Shown here piece by piece: positions 41,645 to 51,300 of a stretch of 60,417 bases of DNA. Position 1 is the first letter of the stretch. The number at the start of each line of letters is the position of its first letter. The stretch covers positions 1 to 60,417 of the forward strand of contig CAZUJM010000008.1 of assembly GCA_964620405.1 (NCBI GenBank), written 5' to 3'. The position numbers and the translations under genes are program-made. The notes beneath the pieces were generated by a model that saw only the letters and a program-made list of their open reading frames with translations, did not search any database and was not told where the DNA came from. The DNA is from an uncultured Pirellulaceae bacterium (GTDB lineage Bacteria > Planctomycetota > Planctomycetia > Pirellulales > Pirellulaceae).

Positions 41645-42931
41645 TTACGTCGCGAAGAAGATGCGGCGCGTGTTGTCACGAAGCACGGTAACGCCCAGTT
41701 CCACGGCCCGCTCCTCACTCCAGCCGCGATCCACGACGAATCGCTCGGCCAGCACCTTGGCGAGGATGCGCTTGTACATGTTGAACTTCGGCAGGGCGAA
41801 CTCCAGCTTGTACATGTCGCTGTAGTATCCGATCTGCTTGGTCATCGGCACGGCTTCCAGTCGCGCCGCGGCGTCGTGCTCGATGAAGGTCGGCGTGTTG
41901 GAGTACCACCAGTGTCCGTTCGTGACGACGTTGGGGAAGATCCACGCGTAGCTGGTGAGTTCCTGGTTGGTGACGCTGGCCAGCACGGAGATGGGAAACG
42001 TCACCTGCGGGAAGGCGTTGAAGAGGTGGCGGTACTGGATGAGTGACACACGGCTGTCATAGAGGTCCTGCCCCTGGTACACACCGGACTGGTAGACCGC
42101 TCGGTTGACCCCGATCATCAGGTCGAAGGGCAGGCGGTATTCGACGCAGTACTCGGCCAGCATCCAGAAGACGAAACGAGCCACCGTCGCGCGGGCTTCG
42201 GGCGTCACCGACGTTCCGTCCCGCAGCCACTCCTGCAGCGCCCGATCGGCCTCCACGTCGCTCACCGGTTCGGGCGCGAAGTCGGGCGGCAACGAGATGG
42301 CGCACGCGCGGGCTCCCTGCGCCGTGAAGTGCTGGAACCGCTGCCCCACGGCCTGGCGGAGCCGCGCGGCGTTCGTCGCGGGAATGCCCGAGCAGGCGGC
42401 CAGTCGTTCCTGCACGCGCGGAGTTCCCAGGTGGAAGACCAGGTCGTCCGTCCGCAGGCAGGGGATGTAGACCCGCGTGTCGAAACCCTCCAGCGGATCG
42501 TCGAAATCGTTGGTCAGGAACACCGCTTCCAATCTGCTCTTCCGCAACACGTCCGCCGCCCACCCCGGCGACTGCATTTTGCGCAGCGACTGGTCGTAGA
42601 GCGACTCCCAGTTGGCCGGCGTCACCTCATCGCCCGCGAAGTCGAACAGCTCGCGGCACATCTCGACAAGCCAACTGGCCTGGATGGTGTTCCGCAGCGG
42701 CCCCATGTTCTCGACCAGTCGCCCAACCTTCTCCTTGGGATCCAGCCCGGGTTCTTCGATCCGCGTGCGCGGCATGCCGGCGGAATGGGCCAGTTCGGTG
42801 TAGTAGTGGTATCCGAGAATGTCCGCCAGCGTGGACGAAGCCGGCTGCAGCGCTTGGATATGGGTGTGGGGATCGACATAGTCCACGGCCGCGATCTGGT
42901 CATGGATCCGCTGGCGAAGCAACTCCGACAT
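41645..42931 (-). CDS. uronate (glucuronate) isomerase-like amidohydrolase-fold protein
   Basis: ATG 42931 follows an AAGGAA site. The N-terminal metal-binding-type motif DYVDPHTHI and then LGYHYYTELAHS match my recollection of planctomycetal proteins annotated as glucuronate isomerase. Confidence 0.5.
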   Translation of the reverse strand: MSELLRQRIHDQIAAVDYVDPHTHIQALQPASSTLADILGYHYYTELAHSAGMPRTRIEEPGLDPKEKVGRLVENMGPLRNTIQASWLVEMCRELFDFAGDEVTPANWESLYDQSLRKMQSPGWAADVLRKSRLEAVFLTNDFDDPLEGFDTRVYIPCLRTDDLVFHLGTPRVQERLAACSGIPATNAARLRQAVGQRFQHFTAQGARACAISLPPDFAPEPVSDVEADRALQEWLRDGTSVTPEARATVARFVFWMLAEYCVEYRLPFDLMIGVNRAVYQSGVYQGQDLYDSRVSLIQYRHLFNAFPQVTFPISVLASVTNQELTSYAWIFPNVVTNGHWWYSNTPTFIEHDAAARLEAVPMTKQIGYYSDMYKLEFALPKFNMYKRILAKVLAERFVVDRGWSEERAVELGVTVLRDNTRRIFFAT

Positions 42932-43042
42932 GCTGTTCCTTTCGTATTCCCGATGAACGAACGCGACGCGCTGAGTTCCTGCGAGGGGGAGGCGATGTCG
43001 CACCTCGACCTCTCGTCCTCACCGACTACAAGCGGGGAGACC

Positions 43043-43843
43043 TCACGTCGTCAGCGGCGGCGGAGCGTCCAAGAAGCTGCGGTAGAGTTCCAACGCGTGC
43101 TGAGCATCTCCGTCACGCGGCACCCACCAGACGATGGCCTGGGCGCGGCGAATGACGCCCTTCTCCAGATGCTCGTCCAGCAGCTCATACTCCACGGCTC
43201 GCGGCGTGGCCTCGGCGGACGACACGGACCAGTGGACCACGTCGGTCGGATAGACCATCAGCACGAGGCTCGCAGCCTTCGCATCGGCCACCGACCGCTG
43301 CAGCAGCAGGCAGGGCGCTGGCCGTCCAGCCGCCTCGCCCGTCCGCTTCATGACCGTCTCCTTGAGCAGTTCGCGGAACCCCGGCATTTCGCCTGCTCCC
43401 GCAGCATCCGGTGCTGCGTCCTCCGACGCGGCGACCGCCAGTCGGGGAGCCGTATTGCGCCAGAGGTGGCTTAGTTGTATCGCGGGCCGCGCATCGAGGC
43501 GCGGAGTCCACACGGAGAAGACCCAATGCAGGCCCACGGCGGAGGATTCGGACAGACGCCGCCAGTAGACCTGCGTATGCAGTTGCGAACCGGGCGTGGG
43601 ACCGTAGGTGACCACGAGGTCGTCTTCCCGCACATAGACATCCGCTACCATCGACGACGGCAGCGGATCCGGCAGCCCCGGCACCTGTGTCCGCAGCAGC
43701 GAACAGGAGCCGTCGGCGGACCGCAGCCCCTCGCGCGGATGCTCCAGATCCAACCGCCAACCTCCCGGCACGGCCTCGAATTCGGCCGCATGGCCGGCGA
43801 CCTTCCAGCAACCTCCCGACATGTGCCCGCTCCCTCCCGTCAC
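43043..43843 (-). CDS. hypothetical protein
   Basis: The ORF has protein-like composition and lies immediately upstream of, and co-oriented with, the isomerase-like gene. I recognise no motif. An alternative start is at 43822. Confidence 0.5.
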   Translation of the reverse strand: MTGGSGHMSGGCWKVAGHAAEFEAVPGGWRLDLEHPREGLRSADGSCSLLRTQVPGLPDPLPSSMVADVYVREDDLVVTYGPTPGSQLHTQVYWRRLSESSAVGLHWVFSVWTPRLDARPAIQLSHLWRNTAPRLAVAASEDAAPDAAGAGEMPGFRELLKETVMKRTGEAAGRPAPCLLLQRSVADAKAASLVLMVYPTDVVHWSVSSAEATPRAVEYELLDEHLEKGVIRRAQAIVWWVPRDGDAQHALELYRSFLDAPPPLTT

Positions 43844-44277
43844 GAACTCTTCGCTTCCCCCATCCGAACGCTACGAAACGGGGTCCGCATTCTACCATTT
43901 CCGTTCGCCGCCCCGGGACGGCGAACCCGCAGCCACCGGGGGATTTTGCGGGGCCGGATGTTTCCTGCCCCGGATTCCTGAGAAACAACGCGTTCCCCGC
44001 GCGGCCTCCGCCGCCCGTTGCCTCTCGCTCGTCTTCCCACGCGGTTGCCGCGGCGTACCCGGGGGTGACGGCAAGGGTATCGCAGCCAGCACCGTGCGCG
44101 GTTCCGCGCACCGGCCCCTCCTAGCAACCGCGTAGATGCCCCAGCAACCTCATGGACGATCAAACGCCAATCTGTGGAGTCGGTTGTTGAATCGCGTTCC
44201 TCGCGCGGCTACAGTGCCCGCTCGGAACAGGCAATGGCAAGTGTTTGCATCCATCGTTTTTTTTCCAGGAGCATGCC

Positions 44278-46047
44278 ATGACCAGCCCGTGTTTTCGACG
44301 AACTCTCTTCCGCCGATCCTTGTTTGCATCCCTCTTCAGCTCTGCCGTGATCTTCTCCACCCACCGCGCGGATGCGCAGTTGATCTATCGGGAGAACTTC
44401 GAAGGCGATGGCTCGGGATACACGATCGACACGCCCGAGTATGTGGAGCAGACGCCGGAGAATGGCTGGAGCCCAGGAATCTGGGGCCTCAATACGCAGG
44501 GCAGCCAGATCGGCCTGGCGGCCAACGCGCCGGCTAAGCGAGCGGCGATCCTCTGGAACCACGAAAGCAGCATCACCGGGGACACCTTCACCAGCGAATC
44601 GCTCGACGTTTGGCTGTCCCTGACCGACTGGTCACTCGGCATCACCAACCCCGCCGATCGCGCGTCGAAGCGGATCGCGATCGTGCCGAGCTACGCGACA
44701 GAAGCGGTCGCAGCCGTGCAGCAACGACTTGTCCAGGGCGGATACTCCGCGTCGAAAATCACGGAGCAGGCGGACTACCTGTCGATCTCGCCGAGCAACA
44801 CCGACCTGGCAATCTTCTCCAGTGAAACCAGCGTCACCCTGCCCGGCCTCGCGGTGCCCATCATCTCGTTCCGCTCCGAGACGCATGACGACAACGCCAT
44901 CGCGGGCATCGGCGCGGCGCTCGACTTCCCGGATGCAGTCGACCTGGCCGTGCCGGTAGCGCAGCGCAACCATCCGGCCCTGGGCACCAGCGGCGCCGAC
45001 GGAGTAATCCGCTGGACCACGGGCCCGGCGCGTCTGGAAGGCATCGGCATCACGCACAATGGCGGCAAGACGCTGGCCGAGGTCGAGAATCCGGTCACCG
45101 GCGATCGTTCGCCCGCCCTTTTCGTGATCGAGAAAGGCTCGCCGCTTCTCGGAGCGTTCAACCCGACCCCCGAGGGTCGCCAGTACATCGTAGGCTCCGC
45201 CCTCAACAAATTCGGCAGCATGGGCGAGCGTGTGTTGGAACTGAAGCCGGTCAACGTTGCGGGAAAGTCCGACGTGAAGGTCACCGTCGCGCTCGCGAGC
45301 GTCACCAGCGATTTCGAAACCGGTGACTACATGATCCTGGAAGTCGACCCCGATGGAAGCGGCCCCGCCGGCGTGACGTCGCTAGTCGAGTTCTATGGAG
45401 TGGACAATCCGGCCAGCGCGTGCCACAAGGGCCTGAGCAACGACAACGGCATGCCGGGCAGCATCTGCCTGAAGCCCGAGTTCACGGACCATACCTTCAA
45501 CGTTCCGGCCGGTGCCACCAACCTGGTGTTCCGCATGCGGGGCTTGAGTACTTGGGGCAACGAGATCTTCGCCATCGACAACATCCGGATCCACTCCGGA
45601 AAACTCGTGTCGGGCGATTTCAACTCCAACGGCAACCTCGATGTCGGTGACCTCGATCTGCTCGCCGACGCGCAGATCACCAACAACAAGGCTTACGACC
45701 TGACCGGCGACGGCCAGACCAATTTCGACGACCGCCTGTCCTGGGTCCGCGACCTGAAGAAAACCTGGGTGGGCGATTCCGACCTGAACGGCGTCTTCAA
45801 CACGGCCGACTTCATCACCGTCTTCCAGGAAGGCAAGTTCGAGACGGGGCAGTCGGCCGGTTGGGGCGCAGGCGACTGGAACGGCGACAAACTCTTCAAC
45901 ACGTCCGACTTCATCGTCGCGTTCCAAGACGGAGGCTTTGAGCAAGGCCCGCGTGCTGCTGTCGCCGCCGTGCCCGAACCGACCTCCGCGCTGCTGGCCA
46001 CCACCGCCAGCCTGCTGCTGGCCCTGGTACGCCGACGCAGGACGTAA
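44278..46047 (+). CDS. secreted protein with a dockerin/EF-hand-like module and a PEP-CTERM sorting signal
   Basis: An AGGAG site lies 7 nt before ATG 44278. The signal peptide is ..SAVIFSTHRADAQ. The C-terminal roughly 150 aa are paralogous to the C-terminus of 22702..24750 and end in VPEPTSALLATTASLLLALVRRRRT. Confidence 0.8.
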   Translation: MTSPCFRRTLFRRSLFASLFSSAVIFSTHRADAQLIYRENFEGDGSGYTIDTPEYVEQTPENGWSPGIWGLNTQGSQIGLAANAPAKRAAILWNHESSITGDTFTSESLDVWLSLTDWSLGITNPADRASKRIAIVPSYATEAVAAVQQRLVQGGYSASKITEQADYLSISPSNTDLAIFSSETSVTLPGLAVPIISFRSETHDDNAIAGIGAALDFPDAVDLAVPVAQRNHPALGTSGADGVIRWTTGPARLEGIGITHNGGKTLAEVENPVTGDRSPALFVIEKGSPLLGAFNPTPEGRQYIVGSALNKFGSMGERVLELKPVNVAGKSDVKVTVALASVTSDFETGDYMILEVDPDGSGPAGVTSLVEFYGVDNPASACHKGLSNDNGMPGSICLKPEFTDHTFNVPAGATNLVFRMRGLSTWGNEIFAIDNIRIHSGKLVSGDFNSNGNLDVGDLDLLADAQITNNKAYDLTGDGQTNFDDRLSWVRDLKKTWVGDSDLNGVFNTADFITVFQEGKFETGQSAGWGAGDWNGDKLFNTSDFIVAFQDGGFEQGPRAAVAAVPEPTSALLATTASLLLALVRRRRT

Positions 46048-46101
46048 CCGCCCCTCTACTTGCTACTTGCCCGCGTGGCTTTTTGCGGGCTCCCCCGCAC
46101 A

Positions 46102-46148
46102 ACCATGGCTCCGCGGCCCTCGCCCGACGAGCGGCCGCGGAGCCATGG
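46102..46148. repeat. Long perfect inverted repeat (17-bp arms, ACCATGGCTCCGCGGCC / GGCCGCGGAGCCATGGT, extendable by 4 bp) downstream of the PEP-CTERM gene
   Basis: Read directly. It would form a very stable hairpin but is not followed by a U-tract. Confidence 0.8.
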
Positions 46149-46268
46149 TAAGCAGGGCCCTCCGCGAAACCATGCCCGCGTCCTCCCACGCCTTCGCCCA
46201 CCCACCGGGCAAGTCTGCCAGCCTGCGGGATGGCTCGAGCCTCTGACCGAGGCTTCGTGCGTGCCTAC

Positions 46269-46364
46269 TTCCGGGCACCGACACGTTCGTGTCAGTCGTG
46301 TTCCGGGCACTGACACGTTCGTGTCAGTCGTGTTCCGGGCACTGACAATTTCCTGTCAGTCGTG
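46269..46364. repeat. 3 x 32-bp tandem repeat, each unit containing a palindrome (CTGACACG-TT-CGTGTCAG; the third unit reads CTGACA-atttcc-TGTCAG)
   Basis: Units lie at 46269-46300, 46301-46332 and 46333-46364: ttccgggcac(c/t)gacacgttcgtgtcagtcgtg twice, then ttccgggcactgacaatttcctgtcagtcgtg. Confidence 0.9.
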
Positions 46365-46555
46365 GCGTCTTCCCCGGATCCGCGAGCGAAGCATCGCGCT
46401 GCCAATCTCCCCGGACACAACGGAACAACGATAGTCGCGACAGGCACCCTGCGGTGGAGAAGGAACTCGAATCGCCGGCCTGCGATGCTCGAATCCCGAG
46501 ACGCGAGTCAACCGCCCGCGGCGGGTCCGCGAGACGCTTTGTTCCATGCCTGCGC

Positions 46556-46595
46556 AAAAAAAAACCCCGCCGTCCTGCAGAGCAGAGCGGCGGGG
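46556..46595 (-). terminator. Rho-independent terminator oriented for the minus strand
   Basis: On the minus strand the sequence is CCCCGCCG-15 nt loop-CGGCGGGG followed by nine U residues (plus-strand A-run at 46556-46564). Confidence 0.7.
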
Positions 46596-46680
46596 CCGGA
46601 ACAGAGAAGAGGCCGTTTTTTGCCCGAAGGCGAATGATACTCGTCTGCGGTCCAAGCACTTCGCGTGACCGCTGACTTCC
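46556..46680 (-). ncRNA. Candidate small RNA of about 125 nt bounded by a sigma70-like promoter and the terminator above (speculative)
   Basis: On the minus strand, TGGACA (46714-46709), a 16-nt spacer and TATGAT (46692-46687) precede the region. There is no credible ORF between promoter and terminator. Internal hairpins are possible (CGGUC..GACCG, GCC-UUCG-GGC). Confidence 0.25.
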
Positions 46681-47200
46681 TCGGTGATCATAGCAACTTG
46701 ACATGTCATGTCCATAGTTTTGTCAAAAAATGATGAGAATCCTGCGGCTCCTGATGAAGAGGCCGCGAATGTGGCGTTCGAGGCCTGAGGATCTCGTCTT
46801 CAACCGTGTCTCAGCGGTACTCCTTTAGTCTCAACGACCACCTCAATCGTTACCTGCTTTGCCGGACCGTCAGCGTTTGACGCGCGGCGACACGGTGAAG
46901 GTCCGTTGGGTAGCGGCAGCCATCGCGAAGACGGGTCTCCGGACCAGCGACTCAAGTCTTCCGTCCAGGGACCGGGGACCTGGGCGTGGTCGAGCCCCTG
47001 CGGCATGACGAGGCAAACCCAAGGGATCCCGGAAAGGGAGTTTCACGGGCCCGCATGCTTGAACTACAGTGGGTCTTGGGCCAGACGCAACGCATGGTGC
47101 GCGTCCCGAGGTCCACGCGGCGAGGGAAAACTCCCTCGCCGTTCACCACAATCGCCGTCCGAACGGCGACAACGACCGGCGAAAGATAGAGGCCGTCCGG

Positions 47201-48019
47201 ATGAGCCAGGAAAGTCTAGCTGCGGGTGATCTTTTACAGGCACGCGACTCCGCCGAACGCGCGGCTCGGGAAGCCGGCCAGATCCTGCGCCGCATGCAGG
47301 CCGGTATCTCCGCACGCGAAAAAGGCCCGGCCGATCTCGTGACCGAAGCTGATCTGGCCGCCCAGGCCGCCATTGAACAGCTTCTCACCACCGAATATCC
47401 GCAGTTCGGGTTTCTGGGCGAGGAAAGCCCCCCACCCGATGCCCAATCCGCCGGACACCCGGAAGCTCCCTTGTGGATTGTGGATCCGCTCGACGGGACC
47501 ACCAACTATGTGCATGGCCTGGACAACTACTGCGTTTCGATCGCTTTGCGCGACCGTGGCGAACTGGTGCTGGGCCTGATCTTCGATCCGGTCCGCGACC
47601 AGGTGTTCTCGGCGATACGCGGCGGCGGTGCCTTCCGCGACGGCAAGCCCCTGCGGACCAGTGGCACGCGCGACCTGACCCAGGCGCTCGTCGCGGCCAG
47701 CTTCGCCGCCAAAGTGCCGCCGCATTCGCCGGAAGTTGCCCGCTTCGTGCAGGTCCTGCATCGCGCGCGGGCCGTTCGACGCCTGGGCTCCGCCGCGCTC
47801 AACCTGGCGTACGTCGCCGCCGGAAACCTCGACGGCTACTGGGCCACCTCGGTCAAGATCTGGGATATCGCCGCCGGCTGGGTGCTGGTTCGCGAAGCGG
47901 GCGGAGTGCTTAGCGGCCTGGACGGGATGGCTCCCGATCCGGCTCGCCCCCAGTTCGCCGCCGCCGCCACGCCGGAACTGCAGGCCGATCTGCTGCGCAC
48001 CCTCGCGACGACTTCCTGA
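47201..48019 (+). CDS. suhB: inositol monophosphatase family protein
   Basis: Family motifs are present: FLGEE, WIVDPLDGTTNYVHG, and ..WDIAAG.VLVREAGG. ATG 47201 was chosen; the upstream part of the ORF is not protein-like. Confidence 0.9.
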   Translation: MSQESLAAGDLLQARDSAERAAREAGQILRRMQAGISAREKGPADLVTEADLAAQAAIEQLLTTEYPQFGFLGEESPPPDAQSAGHPEAPLWIVDPLDGTTNYVHGLDNYCVSIALRDRGELVLGLIFDPVRDQVFSAIRGGGAFRDGKPLRTSGTRDLTQALVAASFAAKVPPHSPEVARFVQVLHRARAVRRLGSAALNLAYVAAGNLDGYWATSVKIWDIAAGWVLVREAGGVLSGLDGMAPDPARPQFAAAATPELQADLLRTLATTS

Positions 48020-48358
48020 GCTCCCTGCATTTTCTCTCCTGATCTGCTGCTCTACTGCATGTGGGGGCCTTCACCTCCCACGATCTCCCACCCGAATTCC
48101 CGCATCGAGCGTTGGACGCCGCCCGTCGTTTCAAGAGTTGAACAAGCGGCGACCACGGGATTCAGCACGGCAATTGTTCCGAGTGCCTTGATGGTTGGGT
48201 AATATGGAACTGTGGGTGAGTCGCCCCCGTGCGAAGCGCCAACAACCGGAGATGCTTGAGTCGCGCGGCTTTGCCCGCGGGTCGGGTGTCCGAGAGTTCC
48301 TGCCCCGGGGTGTCCATGATTCTGCTCAGGTCACCCCTCCGCGCTCATCTCATCATTC

Positions 48359-51300
48359 ATGTCGCAACCGCAGTCCGTTCGCCGCCGCTTCGGTGACCAG
48401 CCACGCCGCGCGATCCTCCTGGGATGGCTGCTCGGTGTCGCATTGACTTGGACTCTCGTGACGCCCCACGCCTTCCCGATCGCCAGTGCCCAATCGGCCA
48501 GCGTTCCATCGGCCAGTGCGTCCGGGCAAGAAACCCGCGAAGCAGCCGACGACGGGGCGCAGGCTGCCGATTCCGCCCCGGACGCAGCCTCCGCGGAACC
48601 GTCGCCCGAGGTGGCCAGCGACGCGAACGCGGCGGCCCCGGAACCAGCGGAAACGCCCGACGATCCCGTCGAGGGCAACTCCGAAACACGCCCGCCGTCC
48701 CTCGGCATTCCCTGGCGTGGTGCGCCGGTGGAGGCCGGTCCGGGGGCTTTGGTGGTGGAGCAGGCGCCGCGGATTCTGTTCACGCGCGACCAGCAGGGAA
48801 GACTTCGGCCGCTGGTGAACATTCCCTGGGAGCGGATCCAGGCGTTGCTGGATGCCGAGGACACCGGCGACGTGCAACCGCTCGCGCCGCGTTTCCAGAT
48901 CACGAACCTGACGGCGCAGGGACAGGTGGCTGGCGACACGGTCGAGATGTCGCTGGAACTGCGGATCTCGCTGCCCGCGCCAGCGGCCGGCGACGGGCGC
49001 GTCGCCAGCTGGACTCTCCTGCCGCTGCGTCTCCCCGATGCCTCGCTCATCGCGCAACCGGAGCATGAGGGGCCGGGCAAGTTGTTCGTCGTCTACCGGG
49101 AGATGGAAGGCTACCAGGCGTGGATCCATCACGAACGGGCGGGCGAGCATCTCATCCGGCTGCGTGTCGCCATGCCACTGGACGAGGCGTTGGGCGCAAC
49201 GCGGCTGCAGTTGCTGGTACCCGCCGCGACGCAATCGCGTCTCGAACTCGACGTGCCCGGTGAACAGTTGGCGGTGGAGGCCGATGGGGGGCGTCGCGCG
49301 ACGGTGTCCGCCGCGCCCGACGGACGCTCGCGCATCGCCGTCTCCGACCTCCGCAACCAACTGACGCTGGCCTGGACCAAGGGCGGCGATGTCGTCGCGC
49401 AGCAGCCCGCCAACTTCGATGTGCTCGGCGACATCCGCGTGAGTGTCGATGGGCCGGGCGCGATTCGCAGCCAGGTCTCGTTGGAGTTGCAGAGTTACGG
49501 TCGTCCGATCGAACGCTTCCTGCTGCGTCTTCCGCCCCACACTTCCATCGTATCGGGCAACCAACCCGGCTACGAGCTGCGCGAGCGGACGGTGGCCGCC
49601 GGCGCACAGGAAGCGTCGTCCGCCGGGGAGCCGCGCGAAGTCGAGATCACGTTGCTGAAACCCGCGGCCCAGGCGCGACTGCAGCTGACGACGCAGACCA
49701 GCCATCCGGAGGGAAGCGAGGCGCGGACGTCCGTGGGCGTCTTCGAAGTGCCGGGCGCGATCCGCCAGTCGGGACAGATCACGCTCCTGGCCAGCGAAGA
49801 CTGGCGCGTCGACTGGACGCTGGGGCCTTCCGTGCGACGCATCGCGACGCCGGACACGCTGGAGACGACCGGCGACCGGCGTCCGCTGGCGACGTTCCAG
49901 TATTTCCGCCAACCATGCCGCTTGGAGGTCGAAGCGCGTCCGCAGGAGACGCGTACCACCGTGCGGCCGCGTTATCGAATGCATGTCGAGGAAGATCGCG
50001 TCTCGCTCGAAGCCCAGTTCGACTACCGTCTGCGCGGCGCACGCATCGGTGCGCTGGGCTGCTCGCTGAACGGCTGGATCCTCGACGACATCGGCCCCAG
50101 CGGATCGGTCGAGGACGCGCCGGTGGAGGACGCGCCGCCCGAGCGTGGCACGCCGGATTCAGGCGAGCCCGGATCGGACACCGCCGCGAACGAGGCTTCT
50201 CGGCAGGTCCGGCTGCGGCTCACGCGGCCCACCACGGGTGACATGACGTTGACACTGCGGCTCCACCGGCCCGTGACGGAGCGCAGCGGCACCTTGCGAC
50301 TGGCCCTGCCCTCGCCGATGGCGGACGGAGTGATCCCCGGCACGCTCCTTGTCTCCGCCGGCGACGCGGTTGTCCTCGACTTCCGCTCCGCCGAAATGTC
50401 CGGCCTGGTCCCGGACGCCCGCACGATCAACGACCCCGCCGACGGGCCCACGTTGGCTCCGCCCTCCGCCACGCCAGGCGAACGCAGCTCGGCCGCGTTC
50501 CCGCCGACGACTCCCGGCAGCCCGCTCGGCTCCGCGCCGCTCGAGCCGGCCTCGTCCGCGTCCGCCTTTCCCGCCGAAGCGTCCGCCACGGGCACCGCCT
50601 TTCGCTTCCTGGGCGATCGCGCGGCAGGCGAACTCGTCATGGACTACGAGGTCCGCGAACAGGAGATCCGAGTGCGCATGGACAGCGAACTGGAAGCGAC
50701 CGGCGATGTGCTGCAGGTCACCCAGCGCATCGGCTATCGCGTCCTGTACCGTCCGACGTCGCAGTTGAAACTCGACGTCCCCCGGCCGCTTTTTGAACTG
50801 CTGGCGAATCCTCGTTACCGTCCGCAGGTCGAACTGCGACTCGACGGCCAGACGCTGGGGCGTGAATCGTTCGAGGATGTCGCCGATTCGGTCGACGCCC
50901 TGCGCAACATCGTGCCGGTGAACCTGCCGCTCCCCCGCCCTCGACTGGGTAACCTGGAACTGCTGCTGCGTTTCCCCTGGCCGCTGCGTCCCACCACCTC
51001 TGCCAACTCCCTGTCCGTACCGCTGGCCACTCCGCGCGAAGGACGGCTGCTTTCGAACCTCGCCACGCTCCGCGACTCCAGCCCATTCCGACTCGAACCC
51101 ACCCGCGACGTCGGCTGGGTGCGTGAGGCGTCCCTGGGCGGCAGCGAGCCGAAGTCGGGACTGCAGCTCTCCTCCGCCCAGCGCACCAGTTCCCTGCAAC
51201 TCCAAGTCATCGCCTCCCAGCAGCCGACCGAGACCACTCCGGCCGCGGCCAGTTCGACCACCATCCAGCGCGCCTGGATGCAGACGTGGCTGACACGTGA

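Noticed and set aside
46269-46364. Possible CRISPR array
   Set aside because: The three 32-bp units are directly adjacent with no spacers, there are only three of them, and no cas genes are present. This is a tandem palindromic repeat, not a CRISPR array.
46600-47200. A known structured RNA (RNase P RNA, tmRNA, SRP RNA or cobalamin riboswitch) in the long non-coding region
   Set aside because: I looked on both strands for the hallmark strings: GAGGAAAGUCCGGGC and ACAGAACCCGGCUUA for RNase P; a tRNA-like 3' end for tmRNA; GGUCCGGAAGGAAGCAGCC for SRP; and the GCCACUG B12 box. I found only partial resemblances (for example GGUGAAGGUCCG), which are not enough to call any of them.
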